DNA of 64,000 nucleotides, taken from a virus. The notes under the pieces were generated by a model. It had not been told where the DNA came from and did no database searches. It saw only the letters and a program-made list of their open reading frames with translations. Position numbers and translations under genes: made by a program. Below are positions 1-7,542 of this stretch, piece by piece; positions within the stretch are counted from its first letter, which is position 1, and each line of letters opens with the position of its first letter. The stretch spans positions 1-64,000 of IMG/VR virus record IMGVR_UViG_3300036770_008442; one strand, written 5' to 3'.

Positions 1-938
1 CTCTCGGCTCCAGGAACTCCCCAAAGATAAGAGAGGTCCAACAGGACCGGTCCGTCTTGTTTGAGATCTCCCTTGAGCTTTGCCAACAGGGGTTTGGGAT
101 CTAGAAGGGTCAGGACCAGGGCTTTGGCTTTGGGATCATCAATAGTTTCCCAAGCCTGCAGCCATCCGGCAGGTCCCCATTGACCCTTCGGAATTTTGAA
201 TTCTTGAGCTTCAACCCCAGCAGAAAATCTGAAGACACCCCCTATCTTCTGGGGTGCCCCGACTAGGGTCTCCAGAGGATTTCCATCGCAATGGAAATCT
301 CCTTTCACCTCCGAGGTTGCTCCCTCGAGGGAGGTGAGCTTGTTCCGGTGACACCGAAAATCCCCTTTCACCTCCCGGGGTGCTCCGACTAGGGAAGTGA
401 GCTTGTTCCCGGAGCAATAAAAATCCCTACTCACCACCGCGGGTGCTCCCTCGAGGGAGGTGAGATTGTTCTCGTAGCAATAAAAATACCCTCCCACCTC
501 CGGGGGTGCTCCCTCGAGGGAGGTGAGCTTGTTCTCGTAGCAAGAAAAATCCCCTTTCACCTCCCCGGGTGCTCCGACTAGGGAGGTGAGCTTGTTCTCT
601 GAGCAACTAAAATCCCCTCTCACCTCCCCGGGTGCTCCCTCCAGGGAGGTGAGCATGTTCCCGGAGCACCAAAAACCCCCACTCACCACCCCGGGTGCTC
701 CCTCGAGGGAGGTGAGCTTGTTAAAGGAGCAATTAAAATTCGCACTCACCTTCCCAAATGTCACACCCTTCAAATCAGAAAGTCCCTGATAGGAACATCT
801 AAAACTCCCTTCCACATCCACCAGTCCCTCTGCATTAACGGTCCAGGTACCATAGGTGCACTTGTCCAACCAACTTTCCTGCTCGGGTGTCAGTCCATGA
901 ATATCGGATTCGAAAACCTTGAAGGTTTTGATTCTCAT
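1..938 (-). CDS. Leucine-rich repeat protein with 22-aa 'LTSLEGAP' repeats (3' end lies beyond window start; missing from ORF track)
   Basis: Manual translation from ATG at 938: MRIKTFKVFESDIHGLTPEQESWLDKCTYGTW...FNCSFNKLTSLEGAPGVVSGGFWCSGNMLTSLEGAPGEVRGDFSCSENKLTSLVGAP...; no stop before position 1. Confidence 0.9.
   Translation of the reverse strand, partial: MRIKTFKVFESDIHGLTPEQESWLDKCTYGTWTVNAEGLVDVEGSFRCSYQGLSDLKGVTFGKVSANFNCSFNKLTSLEGAPGVVSGGFWCSGNMLTSLEGAPGEVRGDFSCSENKLTSLVGAPGEVKGDFSCYENKLTSLEGAPPEVGGYFYCYENNLTSLEGAPAVVSRDFYCSGNKLTSLVGAPREVKGDFRCHRNKLTSLEGATSEVKGDFHCDGNPLETLVGAPQKIGGVFRFSAGVEAQEFKIPKGQWGPAGWLQAWETIDDPKAKALVLTLLDPKPLLAKLKGDLKQDGPVLLDLSYLWGVPGAE
250..750 (-). repeat. 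In-frame 66-bp tandem repeat, about 7-8 units, encoding the LRR (V.GDFxCxxNxLTSLEGAP)
   Basis: Recurring ggtgctccctcgagggaggtgagcttgttc on the + strand at 66-bp spacing. Confidence 0.92.
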
Positions 939-947
939 TTACATTTT

Positions 948-1403
948 TTATTTATTTTTCATGGACTTTAGAAACTCATTAAATTCCTTAATGATTCTGG
1001 ATTTCTTTCTTTTTTTCTTAGTGCTAGACAGATTTAAAGAGGGAAATTTATCCCCAGATCCAACAGTTCCTCCATAAAAATCAGCGTTTGTACCACCTGC
1101 TGATGGAAATTGAACTGCTCCCATTCCTGAAACAGTATCAAGAGAAGCAAAAGAACCACCCCCCATATCTCCTCCCATATCTTCTAGGACATAATCAGTG
1201 CATCCACAGGTTTCTGTAATTTCCTTTTCAAGTTGCCATTTTTCAACACAATAGTTATTCGAATCCATCCATTCCTTATATGTGGATTCAACAGATTTTG
1301 GATCTGAACCAGATTCAAAAAAAGGCTTATCTGCCTCGCAACATAGACAAACCAAGGTTCTGCCCCCCGTTCCATTTCCTGTAGGATAGTATTTCATTTC
1401 CAT
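948..1403 (-). CDS. Hypothetical protein (Cys motifs, Gly-rich middle, C-terminal IKEFNEFLK motif)
   Basis: ORF track 151 aa, abuts neighbouring genes. Confidence 0.7.
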   Translation of the reverse strand: MEMKYYPTGNGTGGRTLVCLCCEADKPFFESGSDPKSVESTYKEWMDSNNYCVEKWQLEKEITETCGCTDYVLEDMGGDMGGGSFASLDTVSGMGAVQFPSAGGTNADFYGGTVGSGDKFPSLNLSSTKKKRKKSRIIKEFNEFLKSMKNK

Positions 1404-1628
1404 TTATTCTAAAACTTTTATTATATTTTTACTAAATATTCGGGAATATTGACCAGCAGAATCCCGAGTAACATACCCAATAATGTCCTGGTGTGGATCG
1501 TAAATTGCAGACACCACAAGAAGTTCACGATTTGAATCATCAACAATCATTTTTCCAGAAAGCTCGTCTACTTGTTTTGTCTGAGACGAGGGGAATACGT
1601 TATTTTTTTTGTTACAACCACAGCCCAT
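1404..1628 (-). CDS. Small hypothetical protein starting MGCGCNKK
   Basis: ORF track 74 aa; stop abuts next start. Confidence 0.7.
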   Translation of the reverse strand: MGCGCNKKNNVFPSSQTKQVDELSGKMIVDDSNRELLVVSAIYDPHQDIIGYVTRDSAGQYSRIFSKNIIKVLE

Positions 1629-1654
1629 GATTTCTATTTGTATTATTTTATTAT

Positions 1655-2077
1655 TTATCTGTAATTATTTCTCAATTCTTTTCTCCTAAGATAATTAAAA
1701 AGATATCTTAGGGCCTTCTTATATTCCATCGAATTTCTAAATGGCGATGGATAGGATCGAATCGGATTTCCTTGACCTTCCGGAAATTCAGAATCCTGCT
1801 CGTCTTCTATTGCTGGATTATACCTTCTGATTGATCCGGAAGGATGCACAGTATAAAAAACGTCACCATATCCTTCTTCGCGAGGCTGATTTTTTCTTTG
1901 AAATTTGAGGGTATTGTTGAGCTCCTGCTGATGTGAAGTTAAGTCTTCAAATCCAAGATCAATAATGTCTGCATATTCCGAGCTTTTTCTGATGTTGTCA
2001 AGATTTATTTCTCTTCTAGTTTCCTCTTGATACTCAGATTTAGGATCATAATCCCTATAAGAAATGACGGATTTCAT
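1655..2077 (-). CDS. Hypothetical protein, putative head-packaged
   Basis: 140 aa ORF; ATGA overlap with upstream gene; N-terminus MKSVISYRDY. Confidence 0.7.
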   Translation of the reverse strand: MKSVISYRDYDPKSEYQEETRREINLDNIRKSSEYADIIDLGFEDLTSHQQELNNTLKFQRKNQPREEGYGDVFYTVHPSGSIRRYNPAIEDEQDSEFPEGQGNPIRSYPSPFRNSMEYKKALRYLFNYLRRKELRNNYR

Positions 2078-2730
2078 TTTTTACTGTCTTCTATCCAATC
2101 CCTATAATCCTTAAGATTCTCTAAATTTCTTTTGCCCGCTTTCTCTTTTTTAGAATCTGGATTTAAAAAAGGTACAATGGGTTTTATGCCCTTTCCAAAA
2201 TTCATATTTGGAACAAAGGAAGGCAACCCGCTGGATTTGATAATCTTGGCTGCATCGGATTCATTAACAGATGCAGGCAGATTTGACGTTTTTGTTTTTG
2301 CGAATTTCAGCAATTCTTTATCCGACATCGGTTTGACCTTTTTGCCCGAATCGTCTCTATATCCGAAAGCTATTTTTTTAATTTCTTCCTTATATTTAGG
2401 ATCAATGTCCGATATTTTTAGACTTCCTTTTCTCAAAGCCCACGCCTGCCCCATAATAGATTGCTGAGATTTACTGACCGATTTTTCATCCAAATTCTCG
2501 TTTTCTAGATACAAATTTTTCATTTTCTTTTCTATTTCTTTTGAGCTCATCGGCTTTGAATTCAATTGCCAATTAGTGTTTGGGTTGATAATTTTCTTTT
2601 TCCCTTTTTTCCAATCAGAAAAAGTCCACAGCCATCTGTTATAACCTTTACCAACAACCTCAAATCCTTTATCTCCAGGCTGAATAGCAATTGGTGATTG
2701 GGGCGGTATGTAGCTTCCAGTTTCAGCCAT
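2074..2730 (-). CDS. Hypothetical protein with DUF3008-like segment, putative internal head protein
   Basis: KSVSKSQQSIMGQAWALRKG...LLKFAKTKTSNLP resembles DUF3008; flanked by LDE and VNE. Confidence 0.6.
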   Translation of the reverse strand: MAETGSYIPPQSPIAIQPGDKGFEVVGKGYNRWLWTFSDWKKGKKKIINPNTNWQLNSKPMSSKEIEKKMKNLYLENENLDEKSVSKSQQSIMGQAWALRKGSLKISDIDPKYKEEIKKIAFGYRDDSGKKVKPMSDKELLKFAKTKTSNLPASVNESDAAKIIKSSGLPSFVPNMNFGKGIKPIVPFLNPDSKKEKAGKRNLENLKDYRDWIEDSKK

Positions 2731-2936
2731 TATTCTATTACTGATTCTATTTTTGATTTAGAAACCTGAACGGTCTCAAAAAATCCGACAGTTCCCTTCA
2801 GATGATCTGAAACTTTTGATTCCACTTCTAAAACGGATTGAGCCTCAACCAAAAATTCCACCTTTTTAAGAACAGGATCTCCATTTTTTTTGACCTCACC
2901 TGATTCAAAACTGACTTTAGCGATATAATATCCCAT
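2730..2936 (-). CDS. DUF4494-like small protein (Bacteroidota-type)
   Basis: MGYYIAKVSFE...KKVEFLVEAQSVLEVESKV...VQVSKSKIESVI; start moved to ATG at 2936, downstream of the GATATATA motif. Confidence 0.6.
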   Translation of the reverse strand: MGYYIAKVSFESGEVKKNGDPVLKKVEFLVEAQSVLEVESKVSDHLKGTVGFFETVQVSKSKIESVIE

Positions 2937-2948
2937 GATTGTTTTTTT

Positions 2949-2956
2949 TATATATC
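2949..2956 (-). promoter_or_regulatory. GATATATA putative late-promoter element
   Basis: Exact motif 13 nt upstream of ATG 2936; recurs in many intergenic gaps. Confidence 0.55.
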
Positions 2957-2967
2957 TTTTCTTCATG

Positions 2968-2996
2968 AGAAAGGCAACCGATTGGGTTGCCTTTCT
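2968..2996 (-). terminator. Hairpin, probable intrinsic terminator after the Hc1-like gene
   Basis: agaaaggcaacc-gattg-ggttgcctttct, 12-bp inverted repeat. Confidence 0.6.
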
Positions 2997-3017
2997 TGAT
3001 TTCAGATCTTTTAGATC

Positions 3018-3191
3018 TTATGAATTCTTAATCTCCTGGACTTCTGTTCTGACCTGTTGAGCAAGTTTTTTAATCTCCTGCATAGCTTGTCGAACGCGGG
3101 TTCCAGCAGCTTTGTTTCCCTTTCCTACAAACTTTTCAACGTCTGCTTCTGCGGTGGAAACGATTTCCTTGATTTGTTCAAAAGACTCCAT
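3018..3191 (-). CDS. Histone H1-like Hc1-family small DNA-binding protein (57 aa; missing from ORF track)
   Basis: Manual translation MESFEQIKEIVSTAEADVEKFVGKGNKAAGTRVRQAMQEIKKLAQQVRTEVQEIKNS; GNKAAGTRxR is the hallmark of the short Bacteroidota Hc1-like family. Confidence 0.85.
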   Translation of the reverse strand: MESFEQIKEIVSTAEADVEKFVGKGNKAAGTRVRQAMQEIKKLAQQVRTEVQEIKNS

Positions 3192-3247
3192 GTTTTTTTG
3201 TTTTATGGTTTGATGATTATAGTGATATTTTCTTTTTTGTTTCAGTC

Positions 3248-3781
3248 TTACCTGCTAATTATGTAAGTTTTTTCACGGGATCCGGTTTGAATAGACCATT
3301 CCGGTCCAATGTATGAAAGTAGAATAGATCTCATATTTTCTTCATAGTTATCGATATCCAAATTTGTTTCCATTTCGTCGAAAATTCGGATCACTTTGGG
3401 ATTTTTTTCCAGATAATTGAGGATAGCCTTGGAGATTTGCTCAAAGAATCTTGACAGATCATTGCCCGATAGAGTAAATTTCTCTTCGTTTACCATGGGC
3501 AATTCAGCTTTACCTATAGCAACATCCTGAATGATCTCCGGAGAAATCTGATTCACATTTAAGACAGCATAGGAATTTTTAGGTCCTTCTGTCGTCTCGA
3601 ATTGAGAATACTTACCTATCATAAACATAAATCCCAGACTTTCTCCTTTTTCAAGTTCGAGCTGGAAGAAATAATAGAATAAATCCCCATCTTTTTTTTG
3701 TAGGAAGGGCATAGTCCCAAATCCATCCCCCTCATTTATTCTTCTATTAAAATCAGAAAAACTAAGAACTTTAATTTTCAC
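3248..3781 (-). CDS. Hypothetical protein, putative head-packaged
   Basis: 177 aa; N-terminus KVLSFSDFNRRINE-G; GATATATA at 3800-3807. Confidence 0.75.
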   Translation of the reverse strand: MKIKVLSFSDFNRRINEGDGFGTMPFLQKKDGDLFYYFFQLELEKGESLGFMFMIGKYSQFETTEGPKNSYAVLNVNQISPEIIQDVAIGKAELPMVNEEKFTLSGNDLSRFFEQISKAILNYLEKNPKVIRIFDEMETNLDIDNYEENMRSILLSYIGPEWSIQTGSREKTYIISR

Positions 3782-3799
3782 TTCGATTAATTATTTTTT

Positions 3800-3807
3800 T
3801 ATATATC
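3800..3807 (-). promoter_or_regulatory. GATATATA putative late-promoter element
   Basis: Exact motif in the intergenic gap upstream of 3781. Confidence 0.55.
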
Positions 3808-3812
3808 CAAAA

Positions 3813-5717
3813 TCAAACATCCTTTACAAGATCATTATAGAGAATCGCAACTTCAGGGGGAACCATTTTTTTAAACTTAGAAAAATCCCGATCCGTCAAA
3901 GCTTCTCTTACTTTAGTAGCTGATCCAGATCGTGGGGTTTCAATTAATTTCAGGTCCGGACTAATAATATCCTTAATGTCGGATTGCTTGATGTATTCCA
4001 TTTGCTTCTGGTAATCATCTATCCTATCATCTCCTGCTCCTATTAATTGAGGATCATATCCTGAATCGAGAAGTTTAGCAACAGCAGATCCTAAAAGACC
4101 TCTGGATAACATCATAAATCCCTCGATCTGGGGATGATTCTTGGTGATTTCTCCCATATATCTCTCAACCTTGTCAATGGGAAATGGAGATTTACCGGAT
4201 TTATTATGACCTGGATGAACGACTATAATATAGGAATCAAACCCGTTTTTTTCTTTTAGGAAATCAGCCATTTTTAAATGGCCATAATGAAAGGGCTGAA
4301 ATCTACCCAGGATCACATTGATCTTCTTTCTTTCCTCCTCTGTATCTTCTACAATGGAATCAAATTTAGAAGACTGGGAATCAATAGTTTCTAGGTTTCC
4401 AATAAATTCATCATAAGAAAAGAGAGGATTTTCGTTTTTCTCATCTTCCTCGTCTTCCTCCTTGAGATACTCTACTGGCTTAATAAATTCCTTTTTGAAT
4501 TGATCGAAAGAAATGAGAGATGATTCGTTGATTTCCTTTTTTGGCTTCTCCACATATCTTCGAATCTCCTCGACCAAAGAATTGAATTGCTCCTGCATAC
4601 CCTTGTTGATAATGCCTCCAGCTCGGGTTTTAATTTTCCGAAAAGAATTAAGAATAAGTTTGTAAAGGGATTCAAAGGTCTGATCCTTTTCCAGATACTT
4701 CAGAACTCTCCGATCATTAATGAGATCTTTATTCAGCCTGAATTCTTCTTTCTTTAAGTATTCTGGCTCTTCGTAATCAGCATTTTTATACTTATTCTCA
4801 TATCGATCTAAGAATCGAACAAACACATCAGAAATAAAAGAAATGTATCTCTCATCTTCTGTATCCCCATCAATATCGAAAGATCTTACACCCTCCTCCA
4901 AAATAAAATTCATAACATCCATGAGAGTTATGCCCAAAAAATCACTCGGTTTTTTCTGAGCCTTCTCCTGATATTTGGATTTTGCTATTTCGGTAAAGAT
5001 CGGATCCACCATTTTGGCTAACACGGTTTCTCCCTCCTTATCAGGATCACCGAATCTAAAAACAATTCCTTCCACGTCCTTATCTAGATCTTCATTCAAG
5101 GCAGTTTTAGATAATTCCGGGTTGAGAGTGGAAATTATGAATCTGACAAAACTATTGGTTCTAAATTTCTCTACTAGATCTTTAAATGGAGTTTCTAGAA
5201 ATTCCATCAGTTTTATCTTCTGAGTCGAATCTAGAATGCCCTGAAAAATGATGGGGGGTCTTTCCACACCTAATAAATCCGCCCAGGTGTCAAGAAGATC
5301 TTTGTCCTGGATCGTTTTAATTATTTTTCTTGATTCGTCCAATTGATGGACATAAGAAAGGATAAGATGATTTTTAGGAGTTCTGTCGTAGACTATCTCA
5401 ACAGGCTTGTTATTGGCAAAATATTCAAGTCCGAATCTCCACCCTCTGGGAATTTTCTCAATCACATGGGGAGGCAGGGATTCAATATAGTTAATTGGTT
5501 TTTCATAATATCTCATCAAAGTCCGATCGACGAGAGTTATAGGATTTCTTTGATCTCTTCTATAAAATTTAAACCTTCCGCTTTCCCTGTCTCTTTCAAA
5601 CGTGAAAGCGGATCCATCCATTTTCTCATTGATAGTGACGAACTGATTAAAAAGATCATTAATAAAATTTGCACCCTTTTTATTATAGATATCGTAAAGA
5701 TGATTAATTCCAGACAT
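3813..5717 (-). CDS. Fusion of an N-terminal RNA-ligase/ATP-dependent-ligase-type nucleotidyltransferase domain and a C-terminal HIGH-family (cytidylyltransferase/NMNAT-like) domain
   Basis: Ligase motifs I EKMDGS, III GLEYF, IV EGIVFR, V AKMVD; C-terminal GRFQPFHYGH, GAGDDR, SATKVREAL; likely start MSGINHL at 5717. Confidence 0.8.
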   Translation of the reverse strand: MSGINHLYDIYNKKGANFINDLFNQFVTINEKMDGSAFTFERDRESGRFKFYRRDQRNPITLVDRTLMRYYEKPINYIESLPPHVIEKIPRGWRFGLEYFANNKPVEIVYDRTPKNHLILSYVHQLDESRKIIKTIQDKDLLDTWADLLGVERPPIIFQGILDSTQKIKLMEFLETPFKDLVEKFRTNSFVRFIISTLNPELSKTALNEDLDKDVEGIVFRFGDPDKEGETVLAKMVDPIFTEIAKSKYQEKAQKKPSDFLGITLMDVMNFILEEGVRSFDIDGDTEDERYISFISDVFVRFLDRYENKYKNADYEEPEYLKKEEFRLNKDLINDRRVLKYLEKDQTFESLYKLILNSFRKIKTRAGGIINKGMQEQFNSLVEEIRRYVEKPKKEINESSLISFDQFKKEFIKPVEYLKEEDEEDEKNENPLFSYDEFIGNLETIDSQSSKFDSIVEDTEEERKKINVILGRFQPFHYGHLKMADFLKEKNGFDSYIIVVHPGHNKSGKSPFPIDKVERYMGEITKNHPQIEGFMMLSRGLLGSAVAKLLDSGYDPQLIGAGDDRIDDYQKQMEYIKQSDIKDIISPDLKLIETPRSGSATKVREALTDRDFSKFKKMVPPEVAILYNDLVKDV

Positions 5718-5733
5718 GTTTGAGATAATATGA

Positions 5734-6159
5734 TTAAGATTCCGCGGAGGATTTGATAAAATGTGGGCCAAATTGAAGATCTAAACTCGATTTTACGATC
5801 CCGTTCATGATCAAATAGGCTATTCCTTGTACAATACTTTCTATCAATATTTTCGATTTATCATCTAGATCCTTTTCATAAATAGTCGAAAGCTCCTCCA
5901 AAAAATCATCAATTTCCAGAGCCATTTCTTTTCTGTTTATGACCTCAAAAATGAAATTTTCTATGGTGTACACAACAGATCCATTGACGATAATATCCCA
6001 GTTTCCTGTTTGGTTTTTTTCGATTATACCATGATTACCAAGTCTAGTACTAAATTCAATCCTATCCAATTCTCTACCTATAATTAAAGGAGAATCGTGC
6101 TCTAGAAAAACATCTAGTGCCCCATACATCAAGTCATTATATTTTGATGTGAATTCCAT
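5734..6159 (-). CDS. Hypothetical protein
   Basis: 141 aa ORF tightly packed between the two nucleotidyltransferase genes. Confidence 0.7.
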   Translation of the reverse strand: MEFTSKYNDLMYGALDVFLEHDSPLIIGRELDRIEFSTRLGNHGIIEKNQTGNWDIIVNGSVVYTIENFIFEVINRKEMALEIDDFLEELSTIYEKDLDDKSKILIESIVQGIAYLIMNGIVKSSLDLQFGPHFIKSSAES

Positions 6160-7076
6160 TATCTTAATTCTGTTGGGATTTCATAATTCCCATTGGTTAA
6201 ATATCTAATGAGATCATCTTTAATAGATTCAAATCGATCCTTATGTATAAAATTAGGGGATTTCACCATTTTCCAGGCTTGCTCAAATGTTTTGACATCG
6301 TCCGGTGAAACTCCTCCTCCAAAAAGAAGATCTAAGAATTCTTCGGGGCTGTCAGTAATAAACTGGTTATGGCCTGCTACCGTCTGGGGGTTTTTAAGTC
6401 TTTTGGTAACGCCCTTAAAAGTTTTTTTATTCTTATAAATTCCATCGCTGAGTCTTAGGGCATAAGAATAATATGTTTCAGGATCCCCGTTGTCATCAAA
6501 GCTCTCGACTTCCTTCAGAGAAGAAAGAATAGCCTGAAAAAGCCAGTTTCTGTGGGCTGATTTGTATTTACTTTCACCAATTCGATAATCGGGTGAGTAA
6601 AAAATAAAACTAGCCCAGTCCATATTAGAAATAGGAATTAGATCCAGTTGAACAGTCTCTGAATTCGTATTTGCTCCTGCAATGGGCCAACCAATAGAGA
6701 TGACATTGATCCCCTTCATTAATTTCATCTCCGGGGTAAATCCCAAAACACCAGGAAGTTCGTCCTCTAGCAGTTTAAAAATGAATTCCAGAACCTGATC
6801 TTCACTAATCCTAAATTTTCTGGAAATGTACCCTTTATCTATACCCAGGTCAATATCACCCGATGTGTCTGTTGGATTCTGTTTTTTCCCAATACTTCCG
6901 ATGATAATATATTCTTCACCCATTTGACCACCCCCGATCAGAGGAAGCAACAAATTTTCGATTGATTTGAGGGTTTCAGGAACCTCAGATTCCATAATCC
7001 TCCTAGATTGTTTAATGGCATTGCCGCCTTCAAACAGAGATTGGAATTTAGAATATGTGAGTATTTTAGAAGTCAT
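6159..7076 (-). CDS. Pol-beta superfamily nucleotidyltransferase
   Basis: IIGSIGKK...SGDIDLGID (GS + DxD) and third acidic residue in VQLDL; likely start MTSKILTY at 7076; LFE-GGNA putative cleavage site. Confidence 0.75.
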   Translation of the reverse strand: MTSKILTYSKFQSLFEGGNAIKQSRRIMESEVPETLKSIENLLLPLIGGGQMGEEYIIIGSIGKKQNPTDTSGDIDLGIDKGYISRKFRISEDQVLEFIFKLLEDELPGVLGFTPEMKLMKGINVISIGWPIAGANTNSETVQLDLIPISNMDWASFIFYSPDYRIGESKYKSAHRNWLFQAILSSLKEVESFDDNGDPETYYSYALRLSDGIYKNKKTFKGVTKRLKNPQTVAGHNQFITDSPEEFLDLLFGGGVSPDDVKTFEQAWKMVKSPNFIHKDRFESIKDDLIRYLTNGNYEIPTELR

Positions 7077-7509
7077 CCGTGAAATATTTTCTTGCATCCC
7101 TAGCGTATCTAGAATAAATTATTTCTTCCCTGCTTCTAGGGTTGTTCAGATTAAAATCTTCCCCAAAATAATCTCTGCCTTGAGAAGTATATTTCCGGTA
7201 AAAATCTTCGTAATCTTTTTTCTTATTTTTTCCGCTAATGCGAATTCCCTCTCCCCATTTATCCAGAATTTCGCTCCTGTTTTTTTCTAAATCATCCAGA
7301 CTCATTTTTTCAGCATTTTTATCGCCGAAAAGATTTGAGATTCCCTTAGAAATTTTTTTAATTCCGGAAAAAACCTGTCCCAATAGTCTTTTGGCTGCTC
7401 CACCCTCATCATAAACCATCCGATCTAAAGAACTGATGCCTTTCTCTTCCGTATCCTCCTGATATTTAGACTCTAATAGAAAATGATGAAAATTATGTAA
7501 ATATTTCAT
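7066..7509 (-). CDS. Hypothetical protein, putative head-packaged
   Basis: N-terminus MKYLHNFHHFLLE-S; GATATATA at 7525-7532. Confidence 0.75.
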   Translation of the reverse strand: MKYLHNFHHFLLESKYQEDTEEKGISSLDRMVYDEGGAAKRLLGQVFSGIKKISKGISNLFGDKNAEKMSLDDLEKNRSEILDKWGEGIRISGKNKKKDYEDFYRKYTSQGRDYFGEDFNLNNPRSREEIIYSRYARDARKYFTDDF

Positions 7510-7524
7510 GCGGATCTTTTAGCC

Positions 7525-7532
7525 TATATATC
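7525..7532 (-). promoter_or_regulatory. GATATATA putative late-promoter element
   Basis: Exact motif 16 nt upstream of ATG 7509. Confidence 0.55.
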
Positions 7533-7542
7533 GGCAAAAAAA

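Noticed and set aside
250-750. 66-bp repeats as a CRISPR array or a DGR template/variable repeat
   Set aside because: The units are in-frame coding repeats with no unique spacers, the differences are not confined to adenines, and no cas or reverse transcriptase gene is in the window
211-789. ORF-track entries 211-417 (-) and 586-789 (+)
   Set aside because: Alternative-frame shadows of the LRR gene
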